This document shows, piece after piece, positions 22,630 through 31,713 of a stretch of DNA of 64,000 nucleotides. Position numbers and translations under genes: made by a program. The notes beneath the pieces are model-generated. The model did not search any database. It was given only the letters and a program-made list of their open reading frames with translations, and was not told the origin of the DNA. Each line of letters opens with the position of its first letter. Position 1 is the stretch's first letter. Source of the DNA: Neophaeotheca triangularis (Eukaryota); contig BAAIJX010000045.1 in assembly GCA_054600435.1 (NCBI GenBank), forward strand, positions 62,001 to 126,000, read 5' to 3'.

Positions 22630-24558
22630 ATGAACGCCAGCAACAACAATGTGCGCACAGGCTCGACATCAGGCCATTCGTCATCTCTCCGCCCGCGCAA
22701 TCGACGACTCATATCTGGCCTCGATGAACGGGACGATGCCACGGTGACGGATGGCACCGGCCGGACGCCTCGAAGAACGGCATCACCATTGCCCTCGCCA
22801 TACGACAGCAGAGCCGCATCGCCTATCCCACAAGGCCACCTTTCGCGACCAAAGAGGGATGATGCAGAGGCTAGAAGGTACAATGCAGCAAGAAGGACGG
22901 GGAATGAGAGCCCTACATCCTTGGCAGCGCTGTGGGGGAGCTCGTGGAATACGTTGCAGACCATGGCGTCGGATCTGCTAGGCAATGAGGAGCCAAGCGA
23001 GGTCAAAGGGAAGCCTGCCGGAAGGACCAGGAGACCGCTGAGTCGGCTGCAACACCAACAACGTGCCTCGACCAGCGCACCACCTTCGCAATGGGGGCCG
23101 GCTCAGTTGCAGCCCGCTCCCGGTGTTGGTATTGGAGGGGGCACGAGAGAGGAGAGAGAGGCTGCGGTGCGGGCTCAGAAGCGCAAGGAGATTTTGACAG
23201 GTGCTGAGGGCAGTTACGCTGACACATTGGGTCGGTTCAAGCGGCGTACATCTGATGATCGAGCCGCTTCCTCTGCTCCTCCGGGCGATCATGAGGATAG
23301 AAATGCCCTGGCATATTTACACCACGTGTCGAAGAATGATACTCTGGCTGGAATTACGATCAAGTACAACATATCCGCCAATGCGCTGAGAAAGGCCAAC
23401 AGGATGTGGCCGAACGATACAGTGCAAGCGCGAAAGACGCTAATTCTCCCCGTCGATGCGTGCGGCGTCAAGGGTAAGCCAGTCGACGGACCTGAAAGCG
23501 TAGATTTGCTCGGAGAGGAGAGTGCGGCGCTATCCTCTGGCCAAGCAGAAGAGGTACCCTCACTACCGAATGGAGGCCGAGACGGTTCCTCAGATACGCG
23601 CACTCGCACAAACTCCACGTCAACCAACACGACAATACATACAGACAGTTCTGACAGACGCTGGCACCACGACTCCTGGACCCTGCTCCCAGCCGCGACC
23701 CAGCCTACGGAAATCGTCCGCCTCTCCCGCCTCGCCCTCGGCTACTTTCCCCCGGCCCGGCGGAAAAGCAACAGCCACCCCTACTCCGACCTGGACACCC
23801 CCTCCGCCTCTCTAGACCTAACCCGCACCTCCAGCTCCTCCCACAGCAACGCAACCAACAGCCCGCAACGCCCGCGGCGCCGCCCCTCCAACGCCACAAA
23901 TGGATACTACCCATCCTACCTCTCCGGCCCGGGCGGCGTGGGAACCTTCAACCGCAACGTCCGCGCCCCGGGCCCCGCGCAAGACGGGCTGAACAAAATG
24001 TTCGCGCCCCACCTCCCCGATGTCGCGCCCCCACGCAACCAGCAGAACCTCTACCAACCCGAAATGCCTATGTACTCGGATCTCACGCCTTCGGCATCGG
24101 GGACCTCGACCACGACGGCGGGCGCGTTGCAAATGGATCTCACGCACGTGGGGAGCGCGGTAGAGGGCTGGGCGAGGAAGTGGGCCGGCAAGGCGCAGAA
24201 GGGGTTGTTGTCGCCTGGGTCCGTGCACAATAGTTCTGGACGTAGGGGGTTTTCTTCGCCGTTTGTTACTACGCCCGGGAGGGCTGGGACTGCGGGTGGG
24301 AGCGGTGGTGCTGGTGGGAGTGGGGGCAATGGTGGGTCGAAAGCGCTTTGGGGGGATTTACCTGGTGGTGCGAGCGGAGTGGGGGATTTGATCGAGATGA
24401 CGGATGAGTTTGAGATTGGGGAGGATGAGGGTGAAGGGGATCAGGGGAGGGAGAGAGAGGGGAGAGTTCGGCCTGGTGGTAGTAGCGGTAGTAGCGGGGC
24501 GGATTATTTTGGTGGGGAGAGCGCGTTGGTTGGGGGTAAGGGAAGGAAGGGAGACTGA
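22630..24558 (+). CDS. Intracellular LysM-domain protein
   Basis: YLHHVSKNDTLAGITIKYNI..LRKANRMWPNDTVQ..LILP is a LysM repeat. No signal peptide; the rest is low complexity. Confidence 0.82.
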   Translation: MNASNNNVRTGSTSGHSSSLRPRNRRLISGLDERDDATVTDGTGRTPRRTASPLPSPYDSRAASPIPQGHLSRPKRDDAEARRYNAARRTGNESPTSLAALWGSSWNTLQTMASDLLGNEEPSEVKGKPAGRTRRPLSRLQHQQRASTSAPPSQWGPAQLQPAPGVGIGGGTREEREAAVRAQKRKEILTGAEGSYADTLGRFKRRTSDDRAASSAPPGDHEDRNALAYLHHVSKNDTLAGITIKYNISANALRKANRMWPNDTVQARKTLILPVDACGVKGKPVDGPESVDLLGEESAALSSGQAEEVPSLPNGGRDGSSDTRTRTNSTSTNTTIHTDSSDRRWHHDSWTLLPAATQPTEIVRLSRLALGYFPPARRKSNSHPYSDLDTPSASLDLTRTSSSSHSNATNSPQRPRRRPSNATNGYYPSYLSGPGGVGTFNRNVRAPGPAQDGLNKMFAPHLPDVAPPRNQQNLYQPEMPMYSDLTPSASGTSTTTAGALQMDLTHVGSAVEGWARKWAGKAQKGLLSPGSVHNSSGRRGFSSPFVTTPGRAGTAGGSGGAGGSGGNGGSKALWGDLPGGASGVGDLIEMTDEFEIGEDEGEGDQGREREGRVRPGGSSGSSGADYFGGESALVGGKGRKGD

Positions 24559-25381
24559 TCTTGGGATATCCTTTGGGCCATCGGCGTGGTCTTGTTGATG
24601 TGGACGGATGTTTTGAAAGCGATGGATTAGCGATCAAGGGATGCAATCTGGTCCCTTTTCTTAGCACGTGGGTGACAGGGGAGGTTTCCCAAGGTTCCAA
24701 CGGAAACCAAGTCTTCCCAGAAAAAGGGACACTTTTGAAACTCCTAGTTTTTCCCTACCGGGCTTGTTCGTCTCTCGGACAACAGTGTGTTTCTGTCTGG
24801 ACGTCGAGATCTTAAGGAAACTGGTCAAGCATGCTTTTGAGCTAGCGGTAGGCTGTATTTTCAGCTCATATAGATGGGAGGTGGGAGATGGAGCTAGCGG
24901 CTGGCTGCAAAAGCGTTGTCTGCGGGGGCTTTCATCATATATAGCCAGGTACAGCTTCCATCGAGTTGGCTCGAGGGAGATCAGAGTGAATTCTCGAGCT
25001 TTTATTCTTCCGTGCCGGATATCCATGGATGGATGTGGGCGTCTATGATTCAAATAAATGCCGTCGTCCTCAAAATGCATCGTAATAATTGGAAGTATTT
25101 TCTGGTCGAGAGGCGTGTCCGACCCGACAATTGCCCCTCTTCCCAGCCTCTTCTGAGTCCCCCACCACCACCACTTTCAACGTCGGGCTAGTTAGAGGCT
25201 GCCCGCTGCCCACTGGGTATCATCATAGGCCAAGTACATTGAACTTTTGGCGCCTCTCTTCTCCTTATCTCCATTTCCTCTCCAACCCGCGCGCGGAACA
25301 ACAGCACAGCTTATCGCCACCACCACCACCAACACCAACATCACCTTCACCACCAACCCCCCCTCCCGCTTCCTCCCAAAA

Positions 25382-26182
25382 ATGCCTTCCCTAACCCACC
25401 ACCTAATAAACCACGACACGGCCTCCCTCTCCCGCACAATCCACCACCCCTTCCTCAAAGCCGCCGCCACAGCCTCCCTCCCCCTCTCCACCATCAAAAC
25501 CTGGCTCGCCCAAGACAGACTCTACGCCCTAACCTACCTAAACTTCGGCGGCTCACTGCTCTCCAACCTCCCGATCCCCACGACCAGCGACCGCGAAGAA
25601 ACCTGGGAATGGCGCTGCGCGGACCTCCTAATCGACTGCCTGGCCAACGTGCGCCGCGAAGTGCGCATGTTCGAGGACACGGCGGCGAGCGAGGGCTGGC
25701 TGGGGGAGATAAGCGACGGGGTGGCGGCGACGGTGCAGACGCGGGCGTATTCGGATTTGTTCGCGGGCGCGACGGCGCAGGGCAGGCCGTTGATTGTCGG
25801 CATGGTTGTCTTGTGGGCGACTGAGGAGTGTTATTTGCGTTCTTGGAAGTTCGCGGCTAGTCGCATGGATCAGGGGTTGAGGGCCCGGGAGAAGGATGTG
25901 ATGCAGAGGGTTTTTATCCCCAATTGGAGTTGTGCTGAGTTTGAGGCGTTGGTTCGGAGGTTGGGGGCTTGTGTTAATAAGATGGCGAATGAGATGGGCG
26001 TTGTTGAGGGGACTAGGGAGTGGGATATGTGTGAGGAGGCTTGGAGGCAGGTTGTTTGGGCTGAGAGGAATTTTTGGCCGGATGTGGATGAGAGTGGGAG
26101 TGGGAAGGGGGGGAGTGGGGAGAGAAAGGAGGGTGCGGAGAGGAAGGAGGGTGCGGAGAAGAAGGAGGGTGCGGCGAAGTGA
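25382..26182 (+). CDS. TENA/THI-4/PQQC family (heme-oxygenase-like fold) protein
   Basis: HHPFL..A, WLAQDRLY, LWATEECYLRSW, FIPNWS and E.NFWP. An 18-nt tandem repeat (ERKEGA-like, x3) lies at the 3' end. Confidence 0.85.
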   Translation: MPSLTHHLINHDTASLSRTIHHPFLKAAATASLPLSTIKTWLAQDRLYALTYLNFGGSLLSNLPIPTTSDREETWEWRCADLLIDCLANVRREVRMFEDTAASEGWLGEISDGVAATVQTRAYSDLFAGATAQGRPLIVGMVVLWATEECYLRSWKFAASRMDQGLRAREKDVMQRVFIPNWSCAEFEALVRRLGACVNKMANEMGVVEGTREWDMCEEAWRQVVWAERNFWPDVDESGSGKGGSGERKEGAERKEGAEKKEGAAK

Positions 26183-26696
26183 TTGGTGGAGTGGGAGGTT
26201 ACGCACGGGTGAATGGTAATATCAAAAGACTTGTTAGTGGTAACGATTCAACAATTTTCACCAAAAGCGCGCCCTACGCTACGCTATGCCAGCAAAAACT
26301 GCATCAAAAAGTCGTACCGACCACGCCTGCCTGCCTACCCTTTCCCGACATTCCGCCACTGACGCTCGTCACCATCCCGCTGCTCTCCCGCTTCCCCCAA
26401 AATCCCCCCTTTCCTCTCCATCTCCCCACCTCAATCCCACCTCCAAACTAATACAGCACACCAGAACAAAAAAAACACCACTCTAACCCTTCCACCCCTC
26501 CCACCACTCAACCGCGCACCGAACCCAACCCCCCTCAAGCCCAGCCACGTTACCGCCCCGAGCCCACACCCCAGCCCACCTCCTCCCTCAAATTCCCCAC
26601 GCGAGCTATCAAGGCTCTCGCAGTCAAAAAGCGCGGTGTACACAGCCATCGACGCAAACGACCGACACCGGGGCTCAGCGCCGCAAAGCAGTCAGT

Positions 26697-26945
26697 CTAG
26701 GAAGCGCTCCCGTCGCTCGCGCCGCTAGTTCCCGCGACAGCCGCGGGTTCTGGGAGTTGGGTCGGTGCGGGCTGGGCTGGGGGCCCAAGGATGAAGGGCG
26801 GGATCGAGGAGTCTGGGCATAGAGGTGCGGGGTCTTGGGTTCGGGTTGGGGTCGGGGGTGGGGTTGGGGGTGGAGTGAAGTGGGTTGCGGAGGGGAGGGG
26901 GGAGAGGGGGGTGCAGGCGGTGGGGGTGGGGGTGGGGGTAGTCAT
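26697..26945 (-). CDS. Possible small proline-rich protein (82 aa), unknown function
   Basis: ATG in a good context (CACAATG) after a C/A-rich leader, with a gene-like C-to-G skew switch. No recognisable domain. Confidence 0.3.
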   Translation of the reverse strand: MTTPTPTPTACTPLSPLPSATHFTPPPTPPPTPTRTQDPAPLCPDSSIPPFILGPPAQPAPTQLPEPAAVAGTSGASDGSAS

Positions 26946-27388
26946 TGTGGGGTTTTGTTGTCGCGTTTTGGTTTGGAGGTCGAGGTGGAGAGGCGTGGAT
27001 TTTCGGCGGTGTGGGATTCTCGGTGGGTTGTATGGGTTTAGCTTCGAAGGGGGTGATTGTGTTTTGAGCCAACCTAGCGGTTTTGCGTCGATGTGGTGGT
27101 TGCGTGTGTTTTTTGGGTGGTGTATACCGGGGAGGATGGAAGAGAGTGCAGAAGAAGAGAAATAAGATGCCCGGTCCCTGGCGATGTCTTCATGACCTAC
27201 CTCGATGTCCTCGTCGGGTCGACAGCCAGGAGTGAGGACATGATTAGTAGCAGCGCCACCCGACGTCGGTACTTGGAAAACTAATAAGCAAAGCCAGGGA
27301 CGATTTGCTATAGGATGTCAGCGTTTCCGTACAGTCGTTTACTTTTCACGAAATCCAAAATTGGTCGTAATGTAAAAACTTCCCATCC

Positions 27389-28465
27389 TCAAACATCCAA
27401 CCCACCCCCAATCTCCCTAACCCCACTCGCCTCCCCCTTGGACCTAGTAAGCTCCCTCCTCAACACCTCCGCATCCCCCATTCCCTCACTCAACCACCCA
27501 ACCCCACCCTCTCGCCCACTCGCAAATTCCACTCTCTCCAACCCCCTCAAAGCCAACAAACAAGTAACCCCATCAACCATCCAAAGCGGCGCCCGCTCCG
27601 ACAACAGCTTGGGCCGCTTCAACCTCACAACCACCGACCTCAGCCGCTCACAAGCTCCCAAAAGCGCAAAAGCTATCGCGTCCTCACGATGGCCGCACAC
27701 GACGTCCACGTGCTGCAGTTCGCTGCGGCCGGCTGAGCCGATGTGGCGGAGGAAGAGGTAGAGGACTTTGGTGCTGTTGAATTGGTGCGTTGTTTGCGAG
27801 TATAGCAAGGGTAGGGCTTCGGCGTGAATGAGGCGGCAGGTGGCGAGGAGGTTTGTGTGGGTTGTGTCTAACGGGCCGGTTTTGGTTTGCGCGGTTAGGG
27901 TTGTGGGTAGAGCCGAGTCGCGGTTGCGTTGGACGATTTCGTTGAAAGGAGGGAGGGAGGGGAGGAGGTAGGTGTAGATTTGGAGGCGGAGTTCGGGGGG
28001 GAGGGTGAATAGGGGGTGGGATGGGGGGGTGGGGTTGGGTTTTTGGGAGGGGTTCGTGGAAGGGAGGGTTGAGGGTGGTTGGAGGCGGGATTCCCAGTTC
28101 TGGCGGAGTTGGTGGACGCGGAGACCGCCGTGCAGGCCTGGGATGATGGCTTGGGGGTCTAGGGGCATGCGAACTTGGTGGTGTAGACAGCCTGGGTGGT
28201 GGAAGGAGAGTTTGCGTAGGTTGGAGGTGTAGGAGTGCGAGTTGATGACACTGCCTTGGAGGGCTTGGATGGAATCGGCTTTGGGGGCAAAGGCTGCGCA
28301 GCTGATGCAGCGAGAGCCTTCTTGGAGAGATTCGAGAGGTGGTCGATCAGAGACATGGCCGATGGCGGCGAGTTGGAGCGCAGTTGGCCATTCATCTTCC
28401 CAGAGGCCTTGGAAGGTGGTGAGGCGTTGATTGACTGTGAGAGAGGCAGCGTCGGAGTCAGACAT
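27389..28465 (-). CDS. Protein with an N-terminal C3HC/BIR-like zinc module and an F-box-like motif
   Basis: RLTTF..W..LAAIG..RCISC-x32-H-x3-C, then HPLFTLPPELRLQIYTYLL and LLATCRLIHAEALPLLYS. ATG at 28465. Confidence 0.7.
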   Translation of the reverse strand: MSDSDAASLTVNQRLTTFQGLWEDEWPTALQLAAIGHVSDRPPLESLQEGSRCISCAAFAPKADSIQALQGSVINSHSYTSNLRKLSFHHPGCLHHQVRMPLDPQAIIPGLHGGLRVHQLRQNWESRLQPPSTLPSTNPSQKPNPTPPSHPLFTLPPELRLQIYTYLLPSLPPFNEIVQRNRDSALPTTLTAQTKTGPLDTTHTNLLATCRLIHAEALPLLYSQTTHQFNSTKVLYLFLRHIGSAGRSELQHVDVVCGHREDAIAFALLGACERLRSVVVRLKRPKLLSERAPLWMVDGVTCLLALRGLERVEFASGREGGVGWLSEGMGDAEVLRRELTRSKGEASGVREIGGGLDV

Positions 28466-28766
28466 AAGAATAAGAATAAGAATATAATGTATAAAATATA
28501 ATATAACATAATATAACAATAAAGTGAGTAGTGTTATAGTTGTTGGTGATGTTGCTGGTACATAGAGCCGTTTATCTTTGCGGACCGAGCCAGCTCCCTC
28601 CCCTCCATCCACGCCGAGCCTCTCCATCACCACTACCAACTACCACCAACTTTCAAAGCTTCACCCCTTCACTTTTACAGTACCTTCACTTTCACCTCAG
28701 CTGCATTGTTGTTATTATATTCCTTGTCTTACCAACTCCTTGAAATTCACAATAAATCACGATATC

Positions 28767-29824
28767 ATGGATTCTGTCAATCCAATCGACCCTTGGGCAG
28801 CTCCTACCACCAAACTCTTCGCCCTCATCGGCGTCGTTTGGTTGTCGTTGAAAATATTCAGCTTCTGGCGCTTGATAGCTTCTCTGCTGATCATCCCAGG
28901 CACAAAGGTATGTACTGTATATACATCCCTCTTCCCACTACCCACCATCCTAACACTCTCCTCCCCCAGCTCTCCAAATTCGGCCCCAAAGGCAGCTGGG
29001 CTGTCATCACCGGTGCCTCAGACGGCATAGGCAAAGAATACGCTCTCCAACTCGCCCAGCGCGGCTTCAACGTTTTCCTCATCTCGCGCACGCAATCCAA
29101 ACTCGACGACCTCGCCACGACCATCCAAAACACCCACAATGTGCAGACCCGCACCCACGCCCTCGACTACGCCTCGGCCGACCAATCCTCCTTCACTGCC
29201 CTCAAAACCGCCCTCGCCAACCTCGACATCGCCATTCTAATCAACAACGTCGGCCTTTCCCACTCCATTCCCGTCCCCTTTGTCGAAACTTCCGACCAGG
29301 AAATGCGCGACATCATCCACATCAACTGCACTGGCACCCTGCGCACCACCGCTCTCATCGCCCCAGGCATGGTGACGCGCAACCGCGGCCTCATCCTCAC
29401 AATGGCTAGCTTCGGCGGCCTAATGCCCACCCCACTGCTCGCAACCTACAGCGGTAGCAAAGCCTTCCTGCAACAATGGAGCACCGCCCTATCCGCCGAG
29501 CTCGCCCCCCACAACGTCCAAGTCCAACTCGTGCAATCCTACCTCGTCACCTCGGCCATGTCCAAGATCCGGAAGAGCTCGGCTATGGTCCCGAACCCGA
29601 AGACTTTCGTCAAAGCCGCCTTGAGCAGGTTGGGCAGGAGTGGCGGCGCCCAGGGAATTGCTGCCACGAGTACGCCGTATTGGGCTCATGGGGTCATGCA
29701 TTGGGGGATTGCGAGTTTTGTTGGTACCATGGGCGGGTTAGTGCTGGGAATCAATAAGAGCATGCATGTCGATATTCGGAAGAGGGCATTGAGGAAGGCC
29801 GAGAGGGAAGGGAAGAAGCAGTAA
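28767..29824 (+). CDS. IFA38: Very-long-chain 3-oxoacyl-CoA reductase
   Basis: [50 protein letters not shown] and TPYW.H. Intron 28908-28969. Confidence 0.93.
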
Positions 29825-31713
29825 GGCTTTATGTGCGGATTGGAAAACCCTCGCGCAGAGTGTGTGGCATGACGAGTTTACGACAAAGGTGTATAGGCTC
29901 TCAGAAAAGCGACTGGCTTCTAGATCCTCTGACAGCTTTCCGCTATTCACCCTTCTACGTATTGGACGCATTTGACTGCAGTCCACTCTGCGGCAAGCCA
30001 TCCCAGCGCGTCCCAGACCCTCCTTTGACTCTGTAGCACCCACGCCTCCCTTCCACTCCCCATAGCGCCTCGATACCGTGCGCATCAATCCGCCGAACAA
30101 GGCCTAGGACGCAGCTTTGGTTCGAGATTGCGCACGCGAGTTCGCGGGAGACGTGTGGGATAGCGGGCACGTGAACGAGTCAACGAGTGGTAGAGGACAA
30201 GGTAGGAATTGCGGTTGTGGCAATAAAGGGTCTTGGAAAGCACTTCCCCACTAGACACCTTTTGCGAATCTTTCTCGCGGCCCGGATGATAGGGTCAGAG
30301 TTGACAAGATTAAGCTCCTCCTCTATTCCACCGAGTCGCATTCTGGCTGCTTTACATACCCGCTCGAACCCTACAAGCGCTCGCTCGGCTTAGAGCCATC
30401 GCCGACTACAAAAGACCCAAACTCTCGCCTAGCTGATTTTCACTTGATGCCCAGACGAGCGAGTTCTAGCCACAGCCGACCTCACCAACGACGACGACGG
30501 GGGTCACGAATCCAAGCTCCCAACCGAGCTAATCGTCCCCCCAGAAAACCCCCCTTCCACAGCCGCACAGCGAACAATCCCGTCAGCGACCGTCGTGTGG
30601 AAACTTCGCGCTCGCGTAATCACTCAAGGGGCGGACGGTCACGACTAGAAATATAACAAGGCCAGAGACCGACTCTAGCCCGGGCGTCAAAGCCATCTAT
30701 CTGGCTCTTTTTTTTTTTTTTTCTTGCATTCTATAGTCCTAGAAGTCTCGACACGAGGGCAGACGACCGGACTGCCGCGTGTCCGTCGCCGGGTGGGAGC
30801 TCGTCGCGCACGCGAGCCAGGCATGGGGTGAGATACTTTCTTCCTTCCGGGAAGCCCGACGGCCATGTTGCGTTGAACAGCGGTGGTTGTTGACACCGAC
30901 TCGGTTCCAAAACCCCCCTCTCAAGTCCCGACCGTCCTGGCGATCTGTACAAGCCCCGGACTCGCCCGTGGACGAGAAGACAAATCCCCCTTCAGCAGGA
31001 GATTATTGTCGGAAGTTGCGGTTCCGGCGAGTTTCGGAGAATTAATTGTTGGGTTTCATGAGGAAGCTTGGGAAGAGCGAGCGAGCGAGCGGGTTGATAG
31101 TTTTCCTTCCTCCTCGACAATAGCGGCCGGCCGGGCGGAACGGCGTGGGCTTTTTTGGGAGCTCGGTTTAGGGGTCGCGGAGGCTTTTTCTGTGGGAAGG
31201 AGGGGAGATCATCTATCCGTACGTGATAGCGCGTGTCGCGTGCGCTTCGAAAAAGCCGCGAGGTCAAATATGAATATTGACGGTCAACCGACCTCAATCG
31301 AGGACACAGACCATAGGCAAAGGAGAACATTCAAAAAGACTAGGAAAAACGGGTAAGACTTGGTAGGGATCGTGAAGAAATGATTTCAGCAAAAGCTTTT
31401 GAAAACAATGTACGTAGACGGCATCCGTTCGTCGGTTGCATCACTATCCACCCCAAAACGAGAGCTTTCAGCCTCTCTGCCCTCTGTTGCGGGGCTTCCC
31501 GCAGTAGTGAAGAACTAATATACAGCGCCATTCCGCGCGCGTTTCTGGCCTTCAGGTTCCGTCCTTGCTTGGACCTTTCCTTTCCACCGCAAAATCATAG
31601 TGATATTTTCTCCTTGCAAGCAAATTCGGACCCATGCCTTATTTACCCCATCGTATAGTGCAGACGCCCGACGCCGCGCTTTGAATGCCCCTCCCGCTGT
31701 CGTAATGATAACT

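Noticed and set aside
27894..27903. GGTTAGGGTT telomere-like or template-like sequence
   Set aside because: It lies inside a CDS (ACC CTA ACC codons on the minus strand), so it is a chance match.
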